A DNA stretch of 64,000 bases from an uncultured Acidimicrobiaceae bacterium. Its GTDB lineage: Bacteria > Actinomycetota > Acidimicrobiia > Acidimicrobiales > Palsa-688. The stretch's first letter is position 1; every line of letters begins with the position of its first letter. This document shows, piece after piece, positions 19,520 through 28,878 of this stretch. The notes under the pieces were generated by a model. That model saw nothing but the letters and a program-made list of their open reading frames with translations, made no database searches and had not been told where the DNA came from. The DNA lies in NCBI GenBank assembly GCA_963823855.1, contig CAWGNA010000008.1:466444-530443 (forward strand). The letters run 5' to 3'. The translations under genes and the position numbers were made by a program.

Positions 19520-20199
19520 TACATAAATAGGGGTCCACCACTGCCGAAATCGAGCCTGGTACGTCAGTCTCACCGGGTCCCGGCCTGGCTCGAGAATCGG
19601 CTGACGGTCAGCCTGTCTTGGGATTCGATCTGTCGACCGGGGCCAGGTGTTCAGTGGCACGAACTCGCTCCCACGCCTCCCACAGGACGTCGCTCCTGTG
19701 GGCACGGTCGTACAGGGCGTGGAAACGCCTACCCTTTGACTGCTTGGCCGCAGCCCATAGCCGGTTCTAGAGTTGTCGCAGTTTGGCGGCGGGCATATGC
19801 CCGCCGGGGTAATTGGGCTGGGCGGCCCCAGCCATGCCCTCGCGCTTACCTCTGCTCCCGGCGTGACCGGAAGTCGGGGCCTTTCCCTGGTCGGCGGGCC
19901 TGTGCAGCCCTCCCAGGTACTATGGCCCCGTCGGACTCCCGCTCCACTCCGTCGGACTTCACCACTGGCTTATACCGACGGTCTTTGCTGACAAGGCTGT
20001 GGAGACGGGTCTCTCCAGTCCCGAGCCCAACCCTTGCGTACGTGCCGCCCCCCGTACCCCGGAGGGGACCTGGCCAAGGGCATGTCCGGACGCCATTTAG
20101 GCCAGGTGCTGCCTTCGCCGTGACATGAGCGGCTCGGCTCCCCCGTTGTGGATTTGACGAGGCTGCAGGGCTCACGCCTGGTGGCGCTATGGCCCGCAC
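19520..20199 (-). mobile_element. Group II intron, 5' fragment (domains I-III plus the first ~40-70 codons of the RT ORF), truncated
   Basis: The minus strand starts GTGCGGGCC at 20199. A long ORF-free GC-rich structured stretch follows (..GGTATAAGCCAGTGGTGAAGTCCGACGG..). Then comes the RT N-terminal signature KGRRFHALYDRAHRSDVLWEAWERVRA, which degenerates by frameshifts. No domain V/VI follows. Confidence 0.7.
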
Positions 20200-20353
20200 G
20201 CTTGCTCCCTCCAAAGAGGCTCTTGACGCCCCGCTTAGCACGCCGCCTCTCGATGACGGGCCGGGGCCTGCTACCGGGCTCTCCGGCGTTTACCCGGACG
20301 GGACTCTCACCCGCTGGGCTGGTCCAGTCTTCAGGACGCAACATGGCCTGACC

Positions 20354-22051
20354 TTAGGCACCTCCCCAGACGTTTAGGGTGATGTTTGACAAAGTTTCGC
20401 CGTTGTCGCCCGAACAGGTGAGGCTGACGGTACTGCCGGCCGGCAACGAAGTCCAATAGCCGGTGACCGCCAGCGAGGCGATGAGAATGTTGCTGCCCAC
20501 CTGGCCCTCGCCAATGAAGTGGTTCGGGAGAACTATGGGGTTCAGCTCACACCTGATAGTCCCTTGCGGGGCGCGGCCGTCGACGACGTTATTAGCGGTC
20601 ACCACGCCGGTGGCAGTAGCCATCAGCTTCGAGGTGGCATTCGGGATGGTCACGCTCACAACGGTCACTGCGGTGGTGGGGGGCACCCGTCCGGCGCTGT
20701 AGTTGCTTTCCATATCCGTTGCACCCGACCCCGCCGGCCCCTGCGGCCCTTGTACCCCTTGTACCCCCGGGTCCCCTTGGGGGCCTTTTTCCCCTGGCGT
20801 CCCGGGAGGGCCAGCAGGTCCGGCAGGTCCTTGCGGCCCAACAGACCCCGCAGGTCCGGCAGGTCCTTCCGGCCCAACAGACCCCGCAGGTCCGGCAGGT
20901 CCGGCACCGCCCGTATCGCCCTTATCGCCCGCAGGTCCTTGCGGCCCAACAGACCCCGCAGGTCCGGCAGGCCCGGTAACGCCGTCAGCACCAGCAATCC
21001 CGGTTGCCCCCGCAGGTCCAGCCGGCCCAATAGCTCCGGTCGGCCCGGTAGGACCAGTCGACCCGATCGCACCCGTAGCCCCAGTAGTTCCAGCTCCGGT
21101 AGGGCCAGGAACTCCGGTTGCTCCAGTCGGCCCGGTCGGCCCAGTAACCCCGGTAGCCCCGGTAGCCCCAGTTCCAGCCGGCCCCGTAAGGCCCATCGGC
21201 CCCGTCGGCCCAGTGGCGCCAATCGTTCCGGCGGCACCCATGGGGCCGTCGTTACCGGTGGCGCCAGTAACCCCCGTGGCCCCTGCCGGGCCCATCTCGC
21301 CAGTGGCTCCAGTTGGGCCGATGGCTCCAGTGCCGCCCGTGGCGCCAGTTGGGCCGGTGCCGCCCGTTGCTCCGGGCAGCCCATCCTTGCCAATTGGGCC
21401 CGTTGCGCCGATTGCGCCTGCCGAGCCAGTGGCCCCAGGCCTGCCATCCGAGCCCGTCGGCCCTGCAGGCCCTGTGGCGCCCGTCGGACCGCTGGCGCCC
21501 GTAGCGCCGGTAGGACCGGGCGCCCCCGTTGGCCCTGTAGCCCCGACAGACCCACTCCCGCTCCCACTTCCGGTGGGCCCGGTCCGGCCCGTTGGCCCGG
21601 GAGGACCAGCCGGGCCAATTGGCCCTCCCACACCGAGGCCCGCGGGCGTGGCGACGCCGACGACGTTGTCTTCATGGATATTCAAGGCGGGCAGGGAGCC
21701 GTAGAACTGGGCGGAACCAAAGGGGAACACGCCACCGTCCCTGGCGACCAACCAGTACCCCTTCCCGTCCGGTGCAGAGGCGATCCCGACAATCGGGGAG
21801 TTGAGGTGCATATTCGTCAGGCTCCCGTAGTAGGAAACGCCCCCAAAGGCGTACACCTCGCCATCGGAATCGGTAAGCCAGTACCCACTACCAACGGGGT
21901 CGGCGGCCTTGGCGACGGCCAGGTCCGGCAGGGGCACCGCCACCGTCGGGGTACTGCCCGAGAGGAGCAACACGCCGGCGGCGGCCGTCCCGAGCATGGT
22001 CCCCCTGGCCGCCCGCTTCCAGCCTTTACGGGGCATTGCATCGTTACTCAT
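20354..22051 (-). CDS. Secreted collagen-like protein: signal peptide, GYW-type repeat N-domain, ~300-aa Gly-X-Y tract, globular C-terminal domain
   Basis: 565-aa ORF. Signal-like N-terminus ([16 protein letters not shown]). Repeats [22 protein letters not shown] and [22 protein letters not shown]. An almost uninterrupted GXY tract ([13 protein letters not shown]...). A ~130-aa C-terminal non-repeat domain. Confidence 0.85.
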   Translation of the reverse strand: MSNDAMPRKGWKRAARGTMLGTAAAGVLLLSGSTPTVAVPLPDLAVAKAADPVGSGYWLTDSDGEVYAFGGVSYYGSLTNMHLNSPIVGIASAPDGKGYWLVARDGGVFPFGSAQFYGSLPALNIHEDNVVGVATPAGLGVGGPIGPAGPPGPTGRTGPTGSGSGSGSVGATGPTGAPGPTGATGASGPTGATGPAGPTGSDGRPGATGSAGAIGATGPIGKDGLPGATGGTGPTGATGGTGAIGPTGATGEMGPAGATGVTGATGNDGPMGAAGTIGATGPTGPMGLTGPAGTGATGATGVTGPTGPTGATGVPGPTGAGTTGATGAIGSTGPTGPTGAIGPAGPAGATGIAGADGVTGPAGPAGSVGPQGPAGDKGDTGGAGPAGPAGSVGPEGPAGPAGSVGPQGPAGPAGPPGTPGEKGPQGDPGVQGVQGPQGPAGSGATDMESNYSAGRVPPTTAVTVVSVTIPNATSKLMATATGVVTANNVVDGRAPQGTIRCELNPIVLPNHFIGEGQVGSNILIASLAVTGYWTSLPAGSTVSLTCSGDNGETLSNITLNVWGGA

Positions 22052-22269
22052 CGCAATTTCCTCCTAACTGCTAGTGCCATGGCATTGAAACTTAGTTCCG
22101 GCGCAGCGCCGACTGTGCCACGCCGCTAACCCAACGCCTCGCTCGCCGTGTCGGGTATGCGCTGGTCACAATCGGTGATCTTGCGCCGGGCGCTTTCCTG
22201 CCCCAGCTTCCCGAACCAACCCATGGCGGCCGGCGGGAGCGGCGCTCAACTGGGAACCAGGAAAGGCCG

Positions 22270-22720
22270 CATGTGACCGCCGGTGAGGCACTTCGGGGCC
22301 TGGTCACCTCACCAAAACCAGAGGAAGTGCTCCACGGTACCTGGTGCCACCTATTGGCCGGCATCCCGCCAGGTGACAATTACCTCTGCTACACCGCTGA
22401 GAGAGGGCATCCAGACCCTGTCTTCAAGTGGCGGAGCCGCTGCTTACCCGGCGCACCGAAGCGCCCTTACCGATGTGGCCAAGCTCCGATCATCCGGCTT
22501 TCGTTGCCACTTGGGCATCCTCATTTATGGTGTCGGGTTGCGCATCAACGAAGGAGTACTTGCACAGTTGTGTGAGGTTCGGCCGGCATCGCCAATGGGT
22601 GGGCGGATTGAAGCGCCTCTGCTCATGATTTGGCCTTGGAACCAATTGGTCGATCACCGTCGGGTGGGGTTCACCCCAGTAAATCAGCGCTCTGGTCCAG
22701 CGGATCCGGTGTGCCATGCC
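22270..22720 (+). pseudogene. Possible heavily decayed DNA (cytosine-5) methyltransferase remnant
   Basis: Scattered frame-hopping matches: IPPGDNYLCYTAERGHPDPVFKWRSR, RINEGVLAQL (cf. RxTxRExAxLQ) and HRQWVGG (cf. YRQIGNAV). No intact ORF. Confidence 0.3.
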
Positions 22721-23503
22721 TCCTGCATTTTCCGGGCCGGCAACTTCTGTTGTGATGAAGGTTTACCCACCAGCGCATGACTAGCTCAGTAATAGAACGG
22801 CTTTTGATCCCTGGGGGTAGACCGGGCTTCACCACAAGCCTCTAGAAAGCCCCCAGGAGCGGCGATAGCCTCGGGCGGCCCTTCCCCTACAGGGGTCTCT
22901 CAGAGGACACCCGCTGAAAACCCCAGTGGAACAAGGGCTCTTGAGCGGCCTTGGACAAAAGAGGAGCAAGAAGGTGCTCAGGTACTGGAGTTGAAGGACG
23001 TTCATGGCCAAAGTACGCATATATATGGGGAGCCGAAGATCGCCCGGCAGTGCTTTAGCTTCCCTTGGCCGGCTCCTTCATGGCCCGGTCGTAACCCTCG
23101 ACATACCCCCCGTCCAGGCGTAGGTAGGCAGGTGGAGAAGAGCGCCTTCGAGGTCGGCGCCGGCATCATCGGACCCTCAGGAGCGCATTTCGTTGACAGG
23201 CACCGATTCGAGTACGAGGACGCGGCAATCAAACCGAAATCAGCAGCCGGTATGTCCGTGCTAGGCGGCCAAACGAGATCGTCGTTCATGTCCAGCGGCC
23301 AGCATTTCGTAAGGCGAACATCGGGGATCGGAAACGCTACCTCAATAGGGTATGGCTCTGCCCACGCACCCATGAGAACCTGAACGAGGAGCTGCCCGAA
23401 GGCGAAGGTTACCATGACGATGTTCATTTCGGGCTTCTCTGGGGTAGCTCGGTCTCCCGTGAGGAAACGGCCTCACGGGAGCAATGTTCCTTGCCTTAGC
23501 GAC

Positions 23504-23983
23504 CTATAGTGCCCGAGGGCGGCAAGGGAATTCCTTAGTGGTTGATGGCTGGAGTAAAACTCGTGCGAGAGATATTTTGGGCAGGTGTTGTACTTCATCG
23601 GGGACGTCACGGTAGTAGGCATCGAGAGTCAGACATTTCAGCTGGCCCCACGCAGCGATTTGTCGTCGATCTCCTGATGTCAGAGTCACGGGAACACCGC
23701 GGATCAGGGGCTCCAGGATCGGTCTGGTCGAGTCCTCCAACCGTGACATCCAGGCGCCGTTGCAGTCGACACAAGTCCGTGGGAGCTTGAGGGTCGCCAA
23801 ATTCCCGAACTGCTTGGTGTGCCGGACTATTGGCTGACCGGGTACCTCCGTGAGAAAATCGGTGCTGATGGAACCCACTGGCTCCAGTTCTTTGGACACC
23901 CAGCGGCTGATGATGTCCTCCTCAGCCCGGGGGCCGGCCTGATCACAGAACATGCAGCGGACCCTTTTACGACTTGTACTCAC
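23504..23983 (-). CDS. Hypothetical Cys-rich protein (CxxC...CxxC, HNH_5-like layout)
   Basis: 159-aa ORF with CMFCDQAGPRAEEDIISRWV...CVDCNGAWMSRLE. It resembles the small HNH/zinc-ribbon family, but the expected His is Asp. Confidence 0.45.
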   Translation of the reverse strand: MSTSRKRVRCMFCDQAGPRAEEDIISRWVSKELEPVGSISTDFLTEVPGQPIVRHTKQFGNLATLKLPRTCVDCNGAWMSRLEDSTRPILEPLIRGVPVTLTSGDRRQIAAWGQLKCLTLDAYYRDVPDEVQHLPKISLARVLLQPSTTKEFPCRPRAL

Positions 23984-23987
23984 CTCA

Positions 23988-24326
23988 TCAGCGCTTCTGT
24001 TTGTTGCCCGGTGAAACCCTCCGTGAATGGGAGTCGATGAGGGTCAGCCGGCCCCAGAGTTTTGCCTGCCCGGGCTCGGGCACGAGACGCAAAGCCTCGT
24101 CGATCCGGGTGCGCCGATCGGCTCGATCCGGGCTAGTTGCCATCAAGTTGTACTCGGGTCGGTCAGTCGCCAACCTCGGCCCGTAGCGCCGGGTCAAATC
24201 CCTGGAAAGCTCATCGTCGAACACCAGGTCGATCTTGCCAGCTCCTTCGGAGCGTGAGGCAGGTTTTACCGACCTGGTCCTCCAGGAGCCTCGGCGTGCC
24301 ATCGTCGTGCCATCTTGAGCGGGCAC
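23988..24326 (-). CDS. Hypothetical protein
   Basis: 112-aa ORF immediately upstream of 23504..23983 on the same strand (4-nt gap). No recognisable motifs. Confidence 0.35.
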   Translation of the reverse strand: MPAQDGTTMARRGSWRTRSVKPASRSEGAGKIDLVFDDELSRDLTRRYGPRLATDRPEYNLMATSPDRADRRTRIDEALRLVPEPGQAKLWGRLTLIDSHSRRVSPGNKQKR

Positions 24327-24406
24327 GAGGGGTCACTAGGTCGTGAATGAGGCTTCCCAAGTCCGGGCAACAGCGCCCTTGAGCTGCTCTAATGGTGTCC
24401 AGGCTG

Positions 24407-24430
24407 GTGGAGGTGATGGTGGAGGTGATG
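24407..24430. repeat. 12-bp tandem duplication (ggtggaggtgat x2) at the tRNA-Ala 3' end
   Basis: Read directly. The second copy is the tRNA acceptor/T-stem 3' strand. The first copy lies just outside the gene. Confidence 0.85.
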
Positions 24431-24493
24431 GGACTTGAACCCACGACTTCTACGATGCGAACGTAGCGCTCTTCCGGGCTGAGCTACACCCCC
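24417..24493 (-). tRNA. tRNA-Ala(CGC): tRNA-Ala (anticodon CGC), CCA encoded
   Basis: 77-nt cloverleaf folded by hand: acceptor GGGGGTG/CACCTCC with the G3:U70 Ala identity pair, D stem GCTC/GAGC, anticodon stem CTACG/CGTAG, loop TTCGCAT, T arm GTGGG-TTCAAGT-CCCAT, ACCA end. Confidence 0.95.
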
Positions 24494-24956
24494 GACGGTG
24501 ACCAAGCCTAGCGTCTGGGCCGACGCGTGGATTGGGGCTAGCCGGGACCTGGTCGCCGGAGCCGAGCCAGCGTGGGAACCGACGGGAGCTAGTCGCCCCG
24601 AGCCAGTGGGCCGTACAGGACTGCCGTCGGGCGGCCGACTGGGAGGGCTTCGTCAGTGCCCAGGGCTTTTTCGGGTGCCTCTAGGGGTAGCTGGTGCACG
24701 GGGCGACAAAGATAGCGCGCCACCGCACCGGGAAAGCCTCATGGCACCGAGAAGCTCGGACCAGTGCGCACGACCCCGCCGGTCGACAGGCATAGACAGA
24801 GACCGGCAGAGCAGAGACCGGCAGAACAGCGGCAGAGACCAGCTCGGAGAGACGGCGGGAAAGCGACCGGCGGGAAAGCGACCGGCGGCATGGACCTGCC
24901 TGCCGCGTGCAAACCTGCGAACAGGCCGAAACGCGCAATACCGTCCGGTGCCCGGT

Positions 24957-26312
24957 CTAGGCGCCGGCCCGGGCCCCGCCCCGGCGTGCGACAGAATCGA
25001 CGGTGAGGGCGACGAGCAACACGATCCCGGTGACGATGTACGTGGCTGCTGCGCCTAGGCCGATCAAGTAAATGCCGTTGTAGACGGCCGCGATCACGAG
25101 CCCGCCGAGGACTGCATGCAGAGGCTTGCCACGGCCTCCATAAAGGCTCGTGCCGCCAATGACAGCAGCAGCAATGGCATAAAGCACGTAGGTGGGGTCG
25201 ATATCAGTAGCGATCGAGCCGATCTGCGAGAGGTACATGAGGCCCGCTACGCCCGCCATCAGACCCGATATACCAAAAGCGATCGTCCGTACCAGCCTGA
25301 CGTCGATACCAGCCCGGCGAGCGGCTTCCGCATTGCCGCCGATGGCGTAAATGTAACGGCCGTAGCGGGTACGAGCGAGCAGAAAGCTGGTGAGGATGAA
25401 CACGACCAGAAGGCAAGGAATGGACCACGGGACGCCACTGACCCGCTGGCTCCCGGTCCCGCGGTTCACGTTACATATGAGGACCAGGACGACGCCGGCT
25501 GCGGCGACCACGCCCACCTTCACGAGGGTTAATCCCATCGGCGGCGTGACGAGCCCTTGCGAGCGCCTGTGAATGTCGCGCCACACGGTGAATACCCCGA
25601 ACGCGCCCACCACCACGATCATGACTATCCAGCTGGCGGCCGGGCTCAAACTGCCGCCCACAATGTCGAGCAGGACCCGGTTGGAGATCGAGATCACGCC
25701 GCCGACCGCGATCGGGAAGGTATCGAACATCCAGATCATCACGCCTTGCCACGCAATGTAGCCAGCCAGGGTCACGATGAACGACGGCAGCTTGAGGCGC
25801 GTAATGAGCACGCCCTGAAGGAGCCCGATCGCAGTGGTGGCGCCGCAACCGGCCATGATCGCCAGCCACCAGGGCAGGTTGTACGGCGGGGCGACCAGGG
25901 CAGCCATAAGTCCGGCGCCGATACCGGCGACGAACACCATGGACAAGTCGATCCCGCCGAGCAAAAGGACGAAGACCTCCCCGATCGCGAACGCGATGAA
26001 GACAACGGCCTGGTTGAACAGGTTGACGATGTTGCCGGCCGAGAGGTACAGCGAGGTCCGGATCTCGAAAACGACGACGATTACTACTAGTCCGACAACA
26101 ACCGGGAGCACACCGCTGTCACCGGCCTTGACCTTCTGCCACCAGGCTTTTACATAGTCCCCAAGGTTGTTCGCCAGTATCTCCGGAGCGGCAACGACGG
26201 CAGACTCGGCCGCCGGCATCTCTTCGGGCGGTGCATCGGTTGCGACCGCACCCCTCGGGCCGGGTGCCTCGCCGCTTCCGCTACCTGCTGAGGGTTGTTG
26301 GCCAACAGCCAT
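24957..26312 (-). CDS. Sugar ABC transporter permease (CUT2 family, XylH-like)
   Basis: 451-aa ORF with ~10 hydrophobic helices and a Gly/Ala-rich core. 4-nt gap to the upstream ATPase gene. Confidence 0.9.
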   Translation of the reverse strand: MAVGQQPSAGSGSGEAPGPRGAVATDAPPEEMPAAESAVVAAPEILANNLGDYVKAWWQKVKAGDSGVLPVVVGLVVIVVVFEIRTSLYLSAGNIVNLFNQAVVFIAFAIGEVFVLLLGGIDLSMVFVAGIGAGLMAALVAPPYNLPWWLAIMAGCGATTAIGLLQGVLITRLKLPSFIVTLAGYIAWQGVMIWMFDTFPIAVGGVISISNRVLLDIVGGSLSPAASWIVMIVVVGAFGVFTVWRDIHRRSQGLVTPPMGLTLVKVGVVAAAGVVLVLICNVNRGTGSQRVSGVPWSIPCLLVVFILTSFLLARTRYGRYIYAIGGNAEAARRAGIDVRLVRTIAFGISGLMAGVAGLMYLSQIGSIATDIDPTYVLYAIAAAVIGGTSLYGGRGKPLHAVLGGLVIAAVYNGIYLIGLGAAATYIVTGIVLLVALTVDSVARRGGARAGA

Positions 26313-26315
26313 TGC

Positions 26316-27155
26316 TCAGGCCTCCTCGGCCCCGTTACCGCTGGTAGGAGCGGCTGTCGTAGCCGCGGCCGCTGCCGGCAGCGTCGCCCCGACGGTTCCC
26401 GCCAGCGTCCCGAGGGTCATGTACTCGACGACACTTTGCGCGTCGAAGTCCGCAATGGGCCCCTGCGCCACCATCTTGCCCAGCCGCAATATCGATACGC
26501 GATCTGCGACCTCGAAGACGTCGTTGAGGTTGTGCGAGACGAGCATTACGCCATAGCCTTGGTCCGCCAGTCGTCTCACCAGCTGGAGGACCTGCGCGGT
26601 CTGGGCTACGCCTAGCGCCGCCGTGGGCTCGTCGAGGATCATGAGTTGCGAGTTCCACAGCACCGCCCTGGCTACAGCCACGGACTGTCTCTGACCTCCT
26701 GACAAGGACGCGACGGGCTGGCGGATCGAACGGACCGTGGTGACGTGCAAGTCGGCCAGGGTGCGCCGCGCCGCCATCTCCATAGGCGGCTCGTTCAGCT
26801 CTCCGAATTTGGTGATCTCGCGCCCCAGGAACATGTTCTGGACGATATCGAGGTTGTCGCAGAGGGCCAGGTCCTGGTAAACGGTGGCGATACCGAGCTC
26901 AGCCGAGTCCTTGGGCGAACGTATGTGCACCGGCTGGCCCCGCCACAGGATCTCGCCGCCGTCAGGTGGGACTATGCCTGAAATTATTTTGATGGTCACG
27001 CTCTTGCCGGCGCCGTTGTCGCCGACCAGCGCGGTTACCAGGCCTGCCTCGACCGTGAGGTCAACGCCCATCAAGGCCCTGACAGGCCCGAAGTTCTTCT
27101 CTACCCCGCGCAGCTCGAGCAACGTTTGCCCTCGCTCGAGCGAAGCCTGAGGCAT
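26316..27155 (-). CDS. Sugar ABC transporter ATP-binding protein, single NBD (CUT2-type)
   Basis: 279-aa ORF with Walker A GDNGAGKS, Q-loop VYQD, signature LSGGQRQ, Walker B LMILDEPTAAL, H-loop LVSHN and an Ala/Thr-rich tail. Confidence 0.9.
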   Translation of the reverse strand: MPQASLERGQTLLELRGVEKNFGPVRALMGVDLTVEAGLVTALVGDNGAGKSVTIKIISGIVPPDGGEILWRGQPVHIRSPKDSAELGIATVYQDLALCDNLDIVQNMFLGREITKFGELNEPPMEMAARRTLADLHVTTVRSIRQPVASLSGGQRQSVAVARAVLWNSQLMILDEPTAALGVAQTAQVLQLVRRLADQGYGVMLVSHNLNDVFEVADRVSILRLGKMVAQGPIADFDAQSVVEYMTLGTLAGTVGATLPAAAAATTAAPTSGNGAEEA

Positions 27156-27420
27156 CTAAAATCCCTTCCCTCTCCCGGTAGCAGGACCTTTATGAGGATC
27201 GGCCGATTCCGACCTTAGTCGTTTGTCCTCGTTCGGGTTAGTGTTAGCGACATCGGCTCCTATTAGGGCCGACTTCGGCATCCCACCGGCCCCTAATGGC
27301 GTCTGGGCGATGCCCGGGTTAGGGGCCGACATTCAAGTAAGACCTTGGCTCACGCAATCCCGGCACCCGCTGTCGGCCCGCCCAAAACGAACGCTTCCTT
27401 ATCGTCATTCGGGGCCCTTT

Positions 27421-27473
27421 GGGCCGAAAATAACGCAAGCGCCTGGGCCCTGTGAAGAGGCCCAGGCGCTTGC
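27421..27473 (-). terminator. Intra-operon rho-independent-type hairpin after the binding-protein gene
   Basis: 15-bp perfect stem (gcaagcgcctgggcc / ggcccaggcgcttgc) with a 9-nt loop. On the minus strand it is followed by GTTATTTTCGG. Confidence 0.65.
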
Positions 27474-27503
27474 ATGTTGGCTCAGCTTTGTAGCTCTATG
27501 GGG

Positions 27504-28712
27504 CTACGGGTTGACGCCAGCTGCCTTGCAAGCGGCGGCGGTTGCGTAAGGCGCGGCGCACAGCTGAGCCGGTGGCACGAACTTGTCTGAGATGACAGTC
27601 GAGTTCATGTTCTTGGCGGTAACCCATTCGGGCGTCAGCAGGACGGACGGGACGGACTTGTGCTCGGTCGAGTCAGGAGTCGTGCCGTTGACCAGAGCGG
27701 ACGGCGGGGTCATGCCGGCCCGCAGGTAGACGGCCAGGGCCACGGCGGCCTGGGCCTCGAGGTAAATCGGCTTGTACACGGTGCCGCACTGGTAGCCAGT
27801 GAGGATGTTGCCAAGGCCGGTCAAAGTGGCGTCCTGGCCGGTGACCGGGAAGGTCTTGGGCCCAATGCCCTTGGACTTCAAGTAGGTGATGATGGGGGCG
27901 CCGTTCTCGTCATTGGGCATGAGCACGGCGTTGATGGTTGAGTGGGCGGTGTACTCCTGTTGGAACTCGGTCAGGGCGGTGCTCGGGGTCCAGGTGCCGG
28001 CCGGCACTTCGTTGGGCTGGAGCTTGCCCACCAGCGTCCACTTGTGCGATGAGAAGTAGGGCTGGAGCACTGCGTCGTAACCGTTGGCGAACAACGTGGC
28101 GTTGTTATCGGTGACGGCGCCGTGCATGACCAGCACGACCGGCTTGCTCACGTGTTCGGTGGCGATGCAGCTCACCAGGCCGTTGCCGAGGAGCGTGCCC
28201 ACGTAGGTGTTGTTGAAGCTGTCGTAGTACGCACGGCTACCGCCGAGGGTCAGGCGGTCGTAGTCGACCACCTTCACGCCATGAGCACCGGCATACGACT
28301 CGATCTTGGCGCCCACGCCGGAGTCCAGCGGGTCCATGATGAGGACCTTGTCGCCCTTGGTGATGTCGGCCTGGGCGTCGGAGTACTCGGTGGCGTCGCT
28401 GCCGTGAGCGTTGACGACAGAGATCTGAGACGAGGTGAGGCCGGCGTCCTTCATGGCCGTGGTCAGGTACGGGGCGTCGAACTCGACGTACCGGGTCGAG
28501 GACACCGTGTCGGGCAGGATGACGCCGACGCCACCCGAACCCTTGGCCGTGATCGACTTGAGCAGCGACATGGTCGTGAAGTTGCGGTTGAAGGTGGTAG
28601 CAGAGACCGTCTGGGCGGAAGCAGGGGCGACCTGGAGGGCCATGCCCGCAAGTAGCGCCGTTATGGCAACCGACGCAGTTCCCAGCGTCTTGACTCGATT
28701 CGAAATTTCCAT
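27504..28712 (-). CDS. Sugar ABC transporter substrate-binding protein (Peripla_BP_4, XylF-like)
   Basis: 402-aa ORF with a signal peptide ending ASAQ. VTGQDATLTGLGNILTGYQCGTVYKPIYLEAQAAVALAVYL matches the xylose-binding-protein pattern. Confidence 0.9.
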   Translation of the reverse strand: MEISNRVKTLGTASVAITALLAGMALQVAPASAQTVSATTFNRNFTTMSLLKSITAKGSGGVGVILPDTVSSTRYVEFDAPYLTTAMKDAGLTSSQISVVNAHGSDATEYSDAQADITKGDKVLIMDPLDSGVGAKIESYAGAHGVKVVDYDRLTLGGSRAYYDSFNNTYVGTLLGNGLVSCIATEHVSKPVVLVMHGAVTDNNATLFANGYDAVLQPYFSSHKWTLVGKLQPNEVPAGTWTPSTALTEFQQEYTAHSTINAVLMPNDENGAPIITYLKSKGIGPKTFPVTGQDATLTGLGNILTGYQCGTVYKPIYLEAQAAVALAVYLRAGMTPPSALVNGTTPDSTEHKSVPSVLLTPEWVTAKNMNSTVISDKFVPPAQLCAAPYATAAACKAAGVNP

Positions 28713-28860
28713 GTAGTTCCCCTTTTGGTACTTCCGATGAAGTGGAGCAGTTGAAGTTACGAGTCGACGACAACGAGAACTTGCGCTGTCGCCTGCCCGA
28801 ACAAGGCGTCGGAGTGGTTGTCAGGTCTGCTCCGGCGAACAAAACCGTACGCCTGACGTT

Positions 28861-28878
28861 GTGAACGGGTTCGTGAAC
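28861..28878 (-). promoter_or_regulatory. Direct repeat GTGAAC-N6-GTGAAC (GTTCAC-N6-GTTCAC on the coding strand), candidate OmpR-family regulator site
   Basis: Two hexamers with 12-bp periodicity, ~150 bp upstream of the SBP start codon, inside a 944-bp leader. Confidence 0.3.

Noticed and set aside
19400-20350. RNase P RNA, tmRNA or another housekeeping structured RNA in the ORF-free block
   Set aside because: I could not find the RNase P P4 consensus (GAGGAAAGTCCGGGC / ACAGAACCCGGCTTA) or a tmRNA tRNA-like end. GTGCG plus an RT N-terminal signature fit a group II intron fragment better.
20463-22129. Long plus-strand ORFs (536 aa, 333 aa, others) and extra minus-strand ORFs overlapping the collagen-like gene
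   Set aside because: They are alternative-frame or antisense readings of the Gly-X-Y DNA (Pro/Arg/Ala-rich nonsense without termini or domains). Only the 20354..22051 frame has a signal peptide plus non-repetitive N- and C-terminal domains.
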